A DNA stretch of 59,472 nucleotides from Solirubrobacteraceae bacterium (GCA_035264365.1 DATFQI010000391.1:1-59472); one strand, 5' to 3'. Positions 45,590-55,470 are shown, counted from the first letter of the stretch. A program made the numbers and translations. The notes: generated from the letters alone by a model not told the origin.

Positions 45590-45620
45590 TCTCCGTATAA
45601 CAGCGACCTGACCCGGCAGC

Positions 45621-45644
45621 GCGAGCGGCGCGTGGGCCGCTCGC
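45621..45644 (+). terminator. GC-rich hairpin GCGAGCGGC-GCGTGG-GCCGCTCGC downstream of 45308..45589
   Basis: A 9-bp perfect stem with a 6-nt loop, starting 32 nt after the stop codon. It is followed by TCGGGTGTCTTG, a weak U tract. Confidence 0.45.
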
Positions 45645-45782
45645 TCGGGTGTCTTGAGCGTCGCTCATCGTGGGCGCGGTGCTCGCGCCGCTGCCCCGGA
45701 GCGCCGCTGAGTTGGCGCGCCGTTCAGTCCCCGCGCGCAAGGTGGCTGTGGTAGGAAGGGCCATCCAACCTAGGAGCGCTCA

Positions 45783-46193
45783 ATGGACGTAGGTCGCCTG
45801 CGGAAGATCCCGGTGTTCGCCGACGTGTCGGACGACGACCTGCGACGGATCGCCACCTTCGCGACGGAGGACAGCGCGCCCGCGGGGACGACCCTGGTAC
45901 GCGAGGGCGACTACTCGACAGAGCTGATCGCCATCGAGGAGGGCACCGCGGAGGTCCGCCACGACGGCAGGCTCCTGGCCTCGCTCGGTCCCGGAGACGT
46001 GTTCGGCGAGACCGGTGTCCTCGAGGGGGGCTTACGCAACGCGTCCGTGGTCGCGACCTCGCCGCTGCGGATCGTCAAGCTCACGACGTGGGACATCAAG
46101 CGGCTCACGCCCGAGACCGTCCAGCGGCTGCGCGAGCTCGTCGCTCAGCGCCAGCCCGCGGTGGAGCCGGACGGCGCGCCGCCGGCCGCATGA
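45783..46193 (+). CDS. stand-alone cyclic-nucleotide-binding domain protein
   Basis: ORF 45783..46193, 136 aa, with TAGGAG upstream. IPVFADVSDDDLRRIA...GDVFGETGVLEGGLRNASVVA carries the FGE...R.A phosphate-binding cassette. There is no HTH or other output. Confidence 0.85.
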   Translation: MDVGRLRKIPVFADVSDDDLRRIATFATEDSAPAGTTLVREGDYSTELIAIEEGTAEVRHDGRLLASLGPGDVFGETGVLEGGLRNASVVATSPLRIVKLTTWDIKRLTPETVQRLRELVAQRQPAVEPDGAPPAA

Positions 46194-46226
46194 AGCGCCG
46201 GGGCGCGCCACTCCCGATCGACTGTC

Positions 46227-49200
46227 GTGCCTGACACCCAGCCACTCCTTCCTTATGTGCCGCGCCTTCTGCTGCGGCACCTCGAGGAGACGCCCGAGGC
46301 GCCGCTGCGCGTCCTCGACGGGTCGCTCGTGTTCGTCGACATCTCGGGCTTCACGCGGCTCTCGGAGCGCCTGGCTCGCCAGGGACGGGAGGGGGCCGAG
46401 CGCCTGGCCGATGCGATCGACGAGTGCTTCACAGCGCTGCTGGCGGTCGCCTACGAGAACGGCGGCGGTCTCCTGAAGTTCGGCGGCGACGCGCTGCTGC
46501 TGCTGTTCGACGGCGACCAGCACCCGCAGCGAGCGTGCCGGGCGGCGTTCGGGATGCGAGCGCTGCTGCGCGAGATCGGGCGGCTGGACGCGGGCGGCGT
46601 GCAGGTCAAGCTGCGCATGTCGGTCGGCGTCCACTCCGCGGAGTGCACGTTCTTCGTGACGCGCGGGGCGCACCGCGAGCTGCTCGTGGCCGGCCCGGCG
46701 GCGACGGAGGTGGTCCGGATGGAGCACGCCGCCGGCGCGGACCAGATCGTGGTGAGCGGCGCGACGGCATCCAGGCTGCCCGCCGGTTGCACGGGCCCGC
46801 CTGCGGGGCCCGGCCGTCTGCTGCGCGAGGCGCCTCTCGCGCGGGCGGATGCCGCACCGGAGGCACGCCGGACGGCCCCCCTCCGCCTGGACACCGTGCT
46901 CTCACCGCTGCTCCGCGACCACCTACAAGGTGGTGTCGGCACGCCGGAGCACCGCATGGTGACCGTCGCCTTCCTGCGCTTCGGCCGTCTTGACGCCCTG
47001 CTCGCCGAGCAGGGCGCGGATGCGGTCGCGAGCGCTCTCGACGACCTGGTCGCGCGGACCGCCGCGGCGGCCGGGCGCCACGGTGTCTGCCTGCTCGGCT
47101 CGGACGTCGACGCCGACGGCGGCAAGCTGCTGTTGGCGGCCGGCGCACCGGTCGCCACGGGAGATGACGACGAGCGGATGCTGCTCGCGATGCGGGAGGT
47201 GCTCGAGGGCGGCGGAGCGCTGCCCATCAAGATCGGCGTGCACCGCGACGCCGTGTTCGCCGGCGACATCGGTCCCGCGTACCGCCGGACCTACACGGTC
47301 ATGGGAGACGCAGTCAATCTCGCTGCTCGGCTCATGCTCGCCGCGCCCGAGGGCGAGCTCTACGCGACCGAGCGGGTCGTCGACGGCTCCGGCACGCGCT
47401 TCGAGGTCGCGCGCATGGCGCCCTTCCGCGTCAAGGGCAAGGCGCGTCCCGTCGACGCGCTGTCCGTAGGCCTGGCCCTCGGCGGCCGGAGCCGGGAGTC
47501 CCTGCTGGCCGACCGGCGCTTCGCGCTGGTGGGACGCCGCCGCGAGACCGAAGCCTTCGAAGCCGCCGTCGCGAGCGTGCGCGACGGGCGCGGGCGGGTG
47601 CTCGACATCGTCGGCGAGCCCGGGATCGGCAAGAGCCGGCTGCTCGAGGAGCTCAGGATCCGCGCGAGCGACCTGCGCGGGCTGCAGGTCACGTGCGAGG
47701 CGTACACCGCGGACGTCCCGCACGTGGCCTCGCGGCAGCTGCTGCACCAGGTGCTGCGCATTCCTCTGGACGCCGACGCCGCCCATGTGGAGTCTCGCCT
47801 GCGCGCCGCCGTCGCCGCCGCCGAGCCGGTGCTCGAACCGTGGCTGCCGCTGCTCGCGATCCCCCTCGGGCTCGACCTCCCGCCCACGCAACAGGTCGCC
47901 CACCTCGACGGCGAGTATCGGCGCGACAAGCTCCACGAGGTGGTCGTGGCGTTCCTGCGTGCGACGCTCAAGGCGCCGACGCTGATCGAGGTGGAGGACG
48001 CGCATCACGTCGATCCCGCCTCGACCGGGCTCCTCGCCGCTGTCGCGGCGGCCGCCCCGGACGCGCCGTGGCTGCTGGTTGTGACACGGCGTGACGCCGG
48101 CCCGGGCGTCGCGACGCATGCGGCGGTCGAGCGCATCGAGCCGGAGCCGCTCACCTCCGCCGAGACGCTGGCCCTCGCACGTGACGCGACGGCGCACGTG
48201 CCGCTGCCGCCGCGGGTGCTCGAGATCGTCGCGGAGCGCTCCGGCGGCAATCCGCAGTTCCTCCGGGACCTCCTGCGCTCTGCCGCCCGGGACGGTGCCG
48301 AGCACCTCCCCGAGAGCATCGAGGCGGCCGCCGCGGCGCGGCTCGACCGCCTTCCGCCCGCGGATCGCACGCTCGTCCGGCGCGCGGCCGTCCTCGGGCG
48401 CGCGTTCGACCCGGCCCTGATCGGGCTGGTGCTCGACGAGGACGCGCAGCCGCCGGACGCGGCGACGTGGGCTCGGCTGCACCGTTACGTCGAGCCCGAC
48501 GGTGACTGGTTCCTGCGCTTCCGTAGACAGGTCGTGTGGGAGGCCGCGTATACCGGGCTCCCGTTCCGGACCCGCCGCCGTCTCCACCTCCGCGCGGGCC
48601 TCGAGCTCGAGCGGCGCGGCGGCGATGACGCCGTGCTGGCACTGCACTTCGAGCGCGCCGGCGACCACGAGCGCGCGTACCGCTACGCGCGACGGGCCGG
48701 GGACGCCGCGGTACGGGACCTCGCTCCGGCCGAGGCATCCGTGGCGTACCGGCGTGCGCTCGAGGCGGGGCGGATGCTCGGCGTACCGGCGGGCGAGCGC
48801 TCGGCGGTGTGGGAGTCCCTGGGCGACGCGCATGCGCAGCTCGGCGAGCTCGCCGCGGGCCACCACGCCTTCTCCGCTGCCCGCCGACTCGCCGCAGACG
48901 ACCCGATCCGCCGGGCGCAGCTGATGCTGCGCCACGCCGAGCTCTCGGTCGAGGCCGGCCGGATCCGGCCCGGTGTGCGCTGGGCGCTGCGCGGGCTGCG
49001 GACGCTCGACGCGGTGGAGGGTCCTGAGGCCGCCGCGGCCCGGGTGCGGCTGACAGCCATGCTCGCGACGCTGCGTCAGCGTCAGGGGCGGGCGGCCGAG
49101 GCGATCGCGCTCTGCCGCGCCGCGATCCCCGCCGCGGAGGCGGCCCGCGAGGACAGGGCCCTCGCCCATGCCTGCTACGTCCTGGACTGGGCGCTCGTGG

Positions 49201-50036
49201 AGTCGGGGCGCGCCGTGGAGGCCGGGTTCTCCGACCGGGCGCTGGCGATCTACCGCCGGCTCGGCGACGTGGGCCGGGAGGCGGCGGTGCTCAACAACGC
49301 CGGCGGGTTCGCGTATCGCGACGGGCGCTGGAAGGACGCGATGGACCTCTACGTTCAGGGCGCGGAGGCGAGCGCCCGCTCGGGCAACTCGGCCAACGCG
49401 GCGTTCGGCGACTGCAACGTCGGCGAGCTGCTCTCGGATCAGGGTCACTGGGAGGAGGCCGAGATGCTGCTGAGCCGCGCGCGCCAGGTGTGGCGCGGGA
49501 CCGGCTACGAGTGGGGCGTCGCGTACGCCACCGCGCAGCTCGGCCGGCTCGCCGCACGCTCCGGGCAGGCCGGTCAGGCGCTCACCAGGCTGCTCGACGC
49601 ACTCGCGCGGTTCCGCGAGCTGGGCGTCGAGGGCGACGTGCAGTTTGCGGAGGCGCTGCTGGCGGAGGCTGCCGCGTTTGCGGGCGACGGAGAGACCGCA
49701 CGGGCGACGGCTGACCGGCTGCTCGCCGACGGGGACGTGGGCCTGCTCGAGCCGTTGCTCCATCGCGTCAAGGCGATCTCCCTCGCCCAGCGCGGCGACG
49801 TCGACGGTGCGACGGTGGCGCTCGAGGCGGCACTCGACGCCGCGCGGGCGCAGGAGCAGGACTACGAGACGCTGGTGGCGCTCGACGCGCGGGCGCTACT
49901 GACGCGCTTCGACGCCGCAGCGACGCGCCGAGCCGAGCTGGCCGCTCGGCTCGGGGTTGCGCGTCTGGCCGCTCCGCCGCTCACTATGGCCGGTACGCCG
50001 GATCCTCCGCGCCGGCCGGAGCCCGCACCTCGATGA
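46227..50036 (+). CDS. tandem class III cyclase domains + P-loop STAND/AAA ATPase + TPR-like repeats
   Basis: ORF 46227..50036, 1269 aa, GTG start 33 nt after the cNMP-binding gene. CHD1 has FVDISGFT and KFGGDA. CHD2 has YTVMGDAVNLAARL. The P-loop is VGEPGIGKSRLLEEL (about 47613-47660). The long helical repeat C-terminus carries TPR-like ...ALAIYRRLGD...AGGFAYRDGRW... units. Confidence 0.88.
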   Translation: MPDTQPLLPYVPRLLLRHLEETPEAPLRVLDGSLVFVDISGFTRLSERLARQGREGAERLADAIDECFTALLAVAYENGGGLLKFGGDALLLLFDGDQHPQRACRAAFGMRALLREIGRLDAGGVQVKLRMSVGVHSAECTFFVTRGAHRELLVAGPAATEVVRMEHAAGADQIVVSGATASRLPAGCTGPPAGPGRLLREAPLARADAAPEARRTAPLRLDTVLSPLLRDHLQGGVGTPEHRMVTVAFLRFGRLDALLAEQGADAVASALDDLVARTAAAAGRHGVCLLGSDVDADGGKLLLAAGAPVATGDDDERMLLAMREVLEGGGALPIKIGVHRDAVFAGDIGPAYRRTYTVMGDAVNLAARLMLAAPEGELYATERVVDGSGTRFEVARMAPFRVKGKARPVDALSVGLALGGRSRESLLADRRFALVGRRRETEAFEAAVASVRDGRGRVLDIVGEPGIGKSRLLEELRIRASDLRGLQVTCEAYTADVPHVASRQLLHQVLRIPLDADAAHVESRLRAAVAAAEPVLEPWLPLLAIPLGLDLPPTQQVAHLDGEYRRDKLHEVVVAFLRATLKAPTLIEVEDAHHVDPASTGLLAAVAAAAPDAPWLLVVTRRDAGPGVATHAAVERIEPEPLTSAETLALARDATAHVPLPPRVLEIVAERSGGNPQFLRDLLRSAARDGAEHLPESIEAAAAARLDRLPPADRTLVRRAAVLGRAFDPALIGLVLDEDAQPPDAATWARLHRYVEPDGDWFLRFRRQVVWEAAYTGLPFRTRRRLHLRAGLELERRGGDDAVLALHFERAGDHERAYRYARRAGDAAVRDLAPAEASVAYRRALEAGRMLGVPAGERSAVWESLGDAHAQLGELAAGHHAFSAARRLAADDPIRRAQLMLRHAELSVEAGRIRPGVRWALRGLRTLDAVEGPEAAAARVRLTAMLATLRQRQGRAAEAIALCRAAIPAAEAAREDRALAHACYVLDWALVESGRAVEAGFSDRALAIYRRLGDVGREAAVLNNAGGFAYRDGRWKDAMDLYVQGAEASARSGNSANAAFGDCNVGELLSDQGHWEEAEMLLSRARQVWRGTGYEWGVAYATAQLGRLAARSGQAGQALTRLLDALARFRELGVEGDVQFAEALLAEAAAFAGDGETARATADRLLADGDVGLLEPLLHRVKAISLAQRGDVDGATVALEAALDAARAQEQDYETLVALDARALLTRFDAAATRRAELAARLGVARLAAPPLTMAGTPDPPRRPEPAPR

Positions 50037-51291
50037 CGCCGTTGCCGGCCCGGTCCTTACGTCGGGACGCCACGCACGGGGGCGTGCCGCAGTCGGGCAG
50101 CGTGGCGTAGTACCAGTCGATCGCGCCGTCGCCGTCGATGTCGGCTTCCTGCGGTGCTCCACCGGCCCGGGTCGGGAACGTGAACGGCGCGGCGAAGCAC
50201 ATCTGCAGGGATGATGCGCCGTTGTCGGGACTGGCGTTCATCACACGCTTGTCGATCGAGTAGACGACGCGCTTCTGCCGGTCCGGCCCGAGGACGAGCG
50301 CCCAGTCGGCAGACAGCTCCTGATAGCCGGTGCAGTCCGGCCTGAAGCCGGTGTTGAACGAGAGCTGGAGGAAGCCGGCGTCCGTGGCAGGGCCGGCGAA
50401 GGCGCTGGCGTCGACGTTCGAGCGGGGCGTGCTGAGCGAACCGGAGCAGTCGACGTCCTCCACGCACTCGATCGCCAGCTGCTGGATCGTGAAGAGCGCC
50501 GAGACAGCAGGCTCCAGCCCCGGCGCGGAGGCCTGCAGGCGGTAGCTGCCAGGCGCGTCGACGCTGAGGTCGCCGAACGCCGCGAAGCCCGCCGCCGCGG
50601 TCACGGAATTCTGACCGAGCAGTGTTCCCAGGCCACCGGCGGAGGCGAGGTCGACGGAGACCGTGGGAGCCGACGACGTCAGGCGGTTGCCCCCGCCGTC
50701 GACCACCTCGACCGAGACGGGCGGTCCGGCGGGATCGAAGTCTGCGGCGCTGATCCGCTCGCCGACACGCGCGTCCTGCGGCTGGGCGGCGAAGCGCAGT
50801 GCGCAGCCGCCGGTCACCGCGGTGGTGAGCACCTCCGGAGAGGAGACCAGCACGAAGTCGTTCCCCGGAGAGCCGTTGAACCGGTTCGCCTGCTTGGCCA
50901 GCACGCTCCATGCGTACTCGCCGGCGGCGCACCCGGCGTCGACGGTCACGGCGACCTGGACCGCCGCACCGGGTGCCAGCGAGAGGTTGCGCAGCTCGAT
51001 CACATTGCCGCGGACCGTCGCGGAACCGGGGCCGGGCAGCGACACGGCATGGACCGTCAGCGCCGAATGCACCGTCAAGTTCGCCGAGCCGAGATCCTGC
51101 TGATCGGACTGGTTCTCGATCGTCGCCGTGACGACGGACTGCTGGCCGGCCGGGATGGACGCCGGCGTCAGGACGACGCTGTACGGCTTGACCTCCGCGC
51201 CGGCGGCCGCCGGCAGCAGCATGATCGCGAGGAGCGCGCCGGCAACGATCCATGGGTGCGCCTTCCGAAGGCGCGGGGGCGAGACGGGCAT
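49984..51291 (-). CDS. secreted multi-domain (Ig-like/CARDB-like repeats) protein
   Basis: Track ORF 49984..51363 trimmed to ATG 51291, with AAAGGAGAG upstream. The signal peptide is WIVAGALLAIMLLPAAAGA. Beta-rich domains follow (TATIENQSDQQDLGSANLTV...; RFAAQPQDARVGERISA...SYRLQASAPGL). The C-terminus is Cys-rich. Confidence 0.65.
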   Translation of the reverse strand: MPVSPPRLRKAHPWIVAGALLAIMLLPAAAGAEVKPYSVVLTPASIPAGQQSVVTATIENQSDQQDLGSANLTVHSALTVHAVSLPGPGSATVRGNVIELRNLSLAPGAAVQVAVTVDAGCAAGEYAWSVLAKQANRFNGSPGNDFVLVSSPEVLTTAVTGGCALRFAAQPQDARVGERISAADFDPAGPPVSVEVVDGGGNRLTSSAPTVSVDLASAGGLGTLLGQNSVTAAAGFAAFGDLSVDAPGSYRLQASAPGLEPAVSALFTIQQLAIECVEDVDCSGSLSTPRSNVDASAFAGPATDAGFLQLSFNTGFRPDCTGYQELSADWALVLGPDRQKRVVYSIDKRVMNASPDNGASSLQMCFAAPFTFPTRAGGAPQEADIDGDGAIDWYYATLPDCGTPPCVASRRKDRAGNGVIEVRAPAGAEDPAYRP

Positions 51292-51403
51292 GCGAGTGCA
51301 CTCTCCTTTTCCCGCCCTCGGTCGAGGCCGGTCCGTGGCGCGGCCTTGCGCCGAGGTGCCCACTCTCTCCGACCGACCGTTGCGCTGTCAAGCATCGTGT
51401 TGA

Positions 51404-54400
51404 TCATCCGAACAAGTTCCGCGGCGCCTCCGCGAGCGCCTCTCGGGCGGCCACTCTCCCTGCTTCTCGCGCGACGTCGATCTGATGGAACTCGAGCAAG
51501 GACACGCCCTCGGCCCGCGGCTTGATGACCAGGTCCGCGTGCCGGCGCGCTGCCTCCGACGTGTTGGCGCTCCCGAGCAGCAGCACGCGCGTGAGCGTCT
51601 CGCCGAGGCGTGGCGGCCGTGGGACGCCACCTGAGGGGCGCGCCCCGGCATCCGGGCGCTCGGCCGTCGGCTTGACGTCGACTGCGATCACCGGGCCCTC
51701 GCCCATGTCGGCCATGACGCGGACCGGCAGGTTGTCGACCAGCGATCCGTCGATGAACAACTCGCGCCCGCGCACCTGCGGCGGAGCGACCACCGGCAGG
51801 CAGACGCTGAAGCCGACCGCCTCATAGAGCGGGCCCCAGCGGTCGACCTGGAGCCGGCCGCTGCGCAGCTCGGTCGAGCCGCTCATGAAGCTGCGCGGCA
51901 GCTCCTCGATGGCGACGGTCCCGAACGTGCGCTCGAGCATCGCTCGGGCGCGCTCGCCGCGGATGAGGGCGTGCCGCGGCAGCGTGTAGTCGGCCAGCGG
52001 GCGCCGCTGCACCCACTCCTCGAAGCAGCGCGCGTCGATCTCGTCGGCGTTGAGCCCCATCGCGAACAGCGCGCCGACGAACGAGCCCATGCTGACGCCC
52101 GCGACGCGGTCGATGGTCACGCCGGCGGCCGTGAGCTCCTCGAGGACGCCGATGTGCGAGAAGGCACGCGCGCCGCCGCCGGACAGCACGACACCGACGG
52201 ACCGGCCGGCCAGGCGCCGGCCGAGGCGGGCGAGATCCTCGTCGAGGTCGTCAGGACGCAGCACATGGGTCTCGATCGGCTCGAGCGCGGCGGCCACTGC
52301 GTCGAGGACTCCGGAACCCGGGGCCACGCCGTAGGCGACGAGATCGCATCCGCGGAGCTCGTGGCGGGCGGCGACAGCCGCAGGCAGAGGGCCGTGGGAC
52401 ACGAGCACCAGGATCCGGTCGGCCTGCTGCAAGCAGAAGCCGGTCCAGCCGTCGTCGTCGTCCGCCACACCCGCGTCGAGCACCACGAGGTCGTGCTGCC
52501 CCTCCGCCCGATCGAGCAGCGGCCCGTACAGGCCTGCAGGCTCGCTGCCGTTGACCGTCGACGGCGCGTCCCGCGCACCGAGGAACGTCGCGTCCAGGTG
52601 GCGCCCGAGTGCCCCGGCGAGACCGCTGGCGATGGTGTCGGACGGCATCCCGCGGTCGACGGCGAGGACGGCGACCGTTGCAGGACGGGGACGCGTCGAG
52701 CGCGCGGGTGCGCGCATCTCCCGCAACTGCCCCGCGAGGGTGCGGGCAAGGGCGAGGGGAAGGGCCGGAGCCGTGGCCAACAGCTCCTCGAAATCGTCGC
52801 GGTAGACGGCGAGGAGGTCCGTGTCACGCGCCGCCCGGACCGACGCCGCGCGCGGCTCACCTGTGAGCAAGGCGAGCTCGCCGACGGCATCCCCCCGCCC
52901 GATCTCGCGGATCATCGCGCCCGTAGCTCCCTCGAGGACGTGCATGCGCCCGGCGCGGAGCACGTAGAGCGCGTCGCCGGACTCGCCCTCACGGAACAGC
53001 CACTCGCCGGCGGCGACCCGCAGTGGACGCGCACGCTGGGCGACCGCATCTCGGAGCGCCGGATCGAGGCCGGCGAACATGGGCACGCGTGCGAGGAAGT
53101 CGGCCGCCGTCTCCGCTCGCGGCGCCGCCGGTTGCGCGGCGTCGACGCTGATCGCCCGGCGCGCGGCCGGAGGAGGCGCGGGCATCGCCTCGGTGAGCCG
53201 CTCCTGCAGCACGGCGCGCGCCGCGGCGCCCAGCGACGGCGCCTCCGAGCCCGGCGGTCGGCCGACGAACAGGCAGCCCAGTCCGGCCACCAGGAAGCAG
53301 GCTGCGCCGAACGCCCATGCGCGGTCGAACGCCGCAGCAGCCTCGGTGGCGGAGGGCGTCCCGAGGATCGCGACGACAACGGCGACGCCAAGCGCGGCGC
53401 CGATCTGGCGCGCGACCGAGTTCAGGCTCGTCGCCGTCGCGTACTCCGTCCCCGGCGCCGACGCCGCGGCCGCGGCGGTGAGGTTGGGGAGCAGCGCGCC
53501 GGCACCGACGCCGAGGAGCGCGACTGCGGGCAGCCACTCACCTATGAAGTCCGGCGTCGTCCCCACGCGCGTCACGAGCCACACCACGGCCGCGCACCAC
53601 ACGAGGCCGCCTGCAACCAGGACGGGCCGGGGCCCGAAGCGGGTGACGAGATGGCTGGTGGGCCCGGCGACGGCGGCGGCGACGAAGGGCCCGGGCGTCA
53701 TCGCGAGGCCCGCCTCCAGCACGGAGTACTGCCAGACCGCGGTCAGGAACAGCACGTTGACCAGCGTGTAGCCGTAGAACCCGGCGCCCGTGACGAGCGT
53801 CATGGCGTTCGTGACGCCGAACGTCCTGTCGCGCAGGAGCGACAGGTCCACGATCGGCGCACGATGGGTGACGCAGCGCCGGGCGAACAGCGCGACGAGC
53901 GCGATCGCCACCACGAACGACCCCAGGACCCGCCCGCTGAGCCAGCCCCACTCCTCGCCCTTGACGACGCCGAGCACGAGCGCGGCGATAGCCACCGCGA
54001 GGACGAGGGCCCCCGTCAGGTCCGGCACGCGGCGCCGTCCGGGGGCCCGGCTCTCCACGAGGTGCCGGCGCGTGAGCACGATCGCCGCCACGCCGATCGG
54101 CAGGTTGACCAGGAAGACGAGCCGCCAGTCGCCCGCGGCCACCAGCAGCCCGCCGAGCGACGGGCCGAGCCCCGCAGCCCCGGCGGCGACGGCAGACAGC
54201 AGGGCCACGCCGTGGGAGCGGCGCTCGGGTGGGAACGCCTCCAGCACCAGCGCCAGCGACGAGGGGACGAGAAGCGCGGCCCCGAGCGCCTGCAGCACAC
54301 GGAAGGCGACGAGCGCGCCGGGGGACCAAGCGATCGCGCAGAGCGCGGAGGCGATCGTGAAGAGCTCGAGGCCCGCGATGAACACGCGCCGCCGGCCGAC

Positions 54401-54670
54401 GAGGTCGGCCAGCCGGCCCGCGGCGACCAGGAACGCCGCGAACACGATGTTGTAGGCGTTCAGGATCCATGACAAGGACGCGATCGACGCGTCGGGGTAC
54501 GAGCGGGCGATGTCCGGGAACGCGATGTTGACGATCGTCGCGTCGACGAATGCCATGGCGGCGCCCAGCGAGGCGACCGCCAGCACCGTCCGCGCCTGTG
54601 GTCCGCGACGGCGTGCCACGGTTGGGGCGGGCGGAGCGACCTCCGCCGGCTCGGCATGCGTGGTGGCCAT
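51404..54670 (-). CDS. three-part fusion: DHA2-type MFS transporter + cyclic-nucleotide-binding domain + patatin-like phospholipase (NTE-like)
   Basis: Track ORF 51404..55291 trimmed to ATG 54670 (MATTHAEP...). The MFS part reads FVDATIVNIAFPDI and GRLADLVGRRRVF. The cNMP cassette is GDAVGELALLTGEPRAASVRA. The patatin motifs are LSGGGARAF (oxyanion), GVSMGSF (GxSxG) and IDGSLVDNLP (DG[AG]). Confidence 0.85.
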   Translation of the reverse strand: MATTHAEPAEVAPPAPTVARRRGPQARTVLAVASLGAAMAFVDATIVNIAFPDIARSYPDASIASLSWILNAYNIVFAAFLVAAGRLADLVGRRRVFIAGLELFTIASALCAIAWSPGALVAFRVLQALGAALLVPSSLALVLEAFPPERRSHGVALLSAVAAGAAGLGPSLGGLLVAAGDWRLVFLVNLPIGVAAIVLTRRHLVESRAPGRRRVPDLTGALVLAVAIAALVLGVVKGEEWGWLSGRVLGSFVVAIALVALFARRCVTHRAPIVDLSLLRDRTFGVTNAMTLVTGAGFYGYTLVNVLFLTAVWQYSVLEAGLAMTPGPFVAAAVAGPTSHLVTRFGPRPVLVAGGLVWCAAVVWLVTRVGTTPDFIGEWLPAVALLGVGAGALLPNLTAAAAASAPGTEYATATSLNSVARQIGAALGVAVVVAILGTPSATEAAAAFDRAWAFGAACFLVAGLGCLFVGRPPGSEAPSLGAAARAVLQERLTEAMPAPPPAARRAISVDAAQPAAPRAETAADFLARVPMFAGLDPALRDAVAQRARPLRVAAGEWLFREGESGDALYVLRAGRMHVLEGATGAMIREIGRGDAVGELALLTGEPRAASVRAARDTDLLAVYRDDFEELLATAPALPLALARTLAGQLREMRAPARSTRPRPATVAVLAVDRGMPSDTIASGLAGALGRHLDATFLGARDAPSTVNGSEPAGLYGPLLDRAEGQHDLVVLDAGVADDDDGWTGFCLQQADRILVLVSHGPLPAAVAARHELRGCDLVAYGVAPGSGVLDAVAAALEPIETHVLRPDDLDEDLARLGRRLAGRSVGVVLSGGGARAFSHIGVLEELTAAGVTIDRVAGVSMGSFVGALFAMGLNADEIDARCFEEWVQRRPLADYTLPRHALIRGERARAMLERTFGTVAIEELPRSFMSGSTELRSGRLQVDRWGPLYEAVGFSVCLPVVAPPQVRGRELFIDGSLVDNLPVRVMADMGEGPVIAVDVKPTAERPDAGARPSGGVPRPPRLGETLTRVLLLGSANTSEAARRHADLVIKPRAEGVSLLEFHQIDVAREAGRVAAREALAEAPRNLFG

Positions 54671-54855
54671 CGCGCGGGTCGAGTGTCTTCGATCGGGCCC
54701 CGCGAGGCAAGTCTGGCGGCGGCTGGACTCTTCACCTAGATCGGCGTTGCCGCGGGCAACGCGGGGACCTTGGACGCCGGCCGATGGCGCGCGGGTGCAG
54801 GATGGAAGAAGATCGCTCTCGTGGCCGGCGTGACGAAGAGCGCCTCGGTTGCGAG

Positions 54856-55455
54856 CTACTCGCTCGCTGAGTCGCGCAGCTGCGTGAGGGAGATGGCGCC
54901 GCGCCGCAGCGCCTCGTTGGCGAGCCGCGCGCGGCGCGAGCCCTCGGCGGCGACGGCGAACTTGTCGTACAGGTTGGCCAGATGCTGCTTGACCGCGGCC
55001 TGCGTGATGACGAGCTCCTCGGCGATCGCCTGCGTCGACGCCGGCTCCGTGAACATGTCGCGGTCCAGCAGCGGACGACACAGCGCCAGGAGGACGTCCC
55101 GCTCGCGCGTGGTCAGCGCCGGCGGCGCCTCGTCGGCCTGCGTCACCGTGGCACCGGCGGCCAGCGGGTCGTGGAACACCAAGCGGGTCTGGCCGATGCG
55201 GATCTCGTCGCCATGCTGGAGGCGGTGCGAGGACCAGACCCGCTCGCCGTTGATCGCCGTGCCGTTGGACGACCCGAGGTCGCTCACGCACCAGCCCGCC
55301 GAGAAGCGCTCCAGGACGGCATGCAGGCGACTCGCGGTCGGGTCGTCCTCGAGCGGCACGTCGTTCTCGGGCGCCTTGCCGATCGTGACACGGTCAGCCT
55401 CCAGCGGGATCCGCCGGCTGCGTACTCCGGAGATCACCTCGATCTGCGGGGCCAC
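54856..55455 (-). CDS. FHA-domain + LuxR/GerE HTH transcriptional regulator
   Basis: Only the last 199 codons of track ORF 54856..57234 look real. From GTG 55455 (alternative GTG 55437) it reads RVTIGKAPENDVPLEDDPTASRLHAVLERFSAGWCVSDLGSSNGTAINGERV (FHA). It continues with LTTRERDVLLAL...TQAIAEELVITQAAVKQHLANLYDKF (HTH). Confidence 0.8.
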   Translation of the reverse strand: MAPQIEVISGVRSRRIPLEADRVTIGKAPENDVPLEDDPTASRLHAVLERFSAGWCVSDLGSSNGTAINGERVWSSHRLQHGDEIRIGQTRLVFHDPLAAGATVTQADEAPPALTTRERDVLLALCRPLLDRDMFTEPASTQAIAEELVITQAAVKQHLANLYDKFAVAAEGSRRARLANEALRRGAISLTQLRDSASE

Positions 55456-55470
55456 CGTGCCGTCAAGCCT

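Noticed and set aside
46923-49763. 946-aa minus-strand ORF, plus 46032..46727 and 46451..47269.
   Set aside because: They are antisense to the cyclase-ATPase-TPR gene. They carry no motifs and have an Arg-rich composition.
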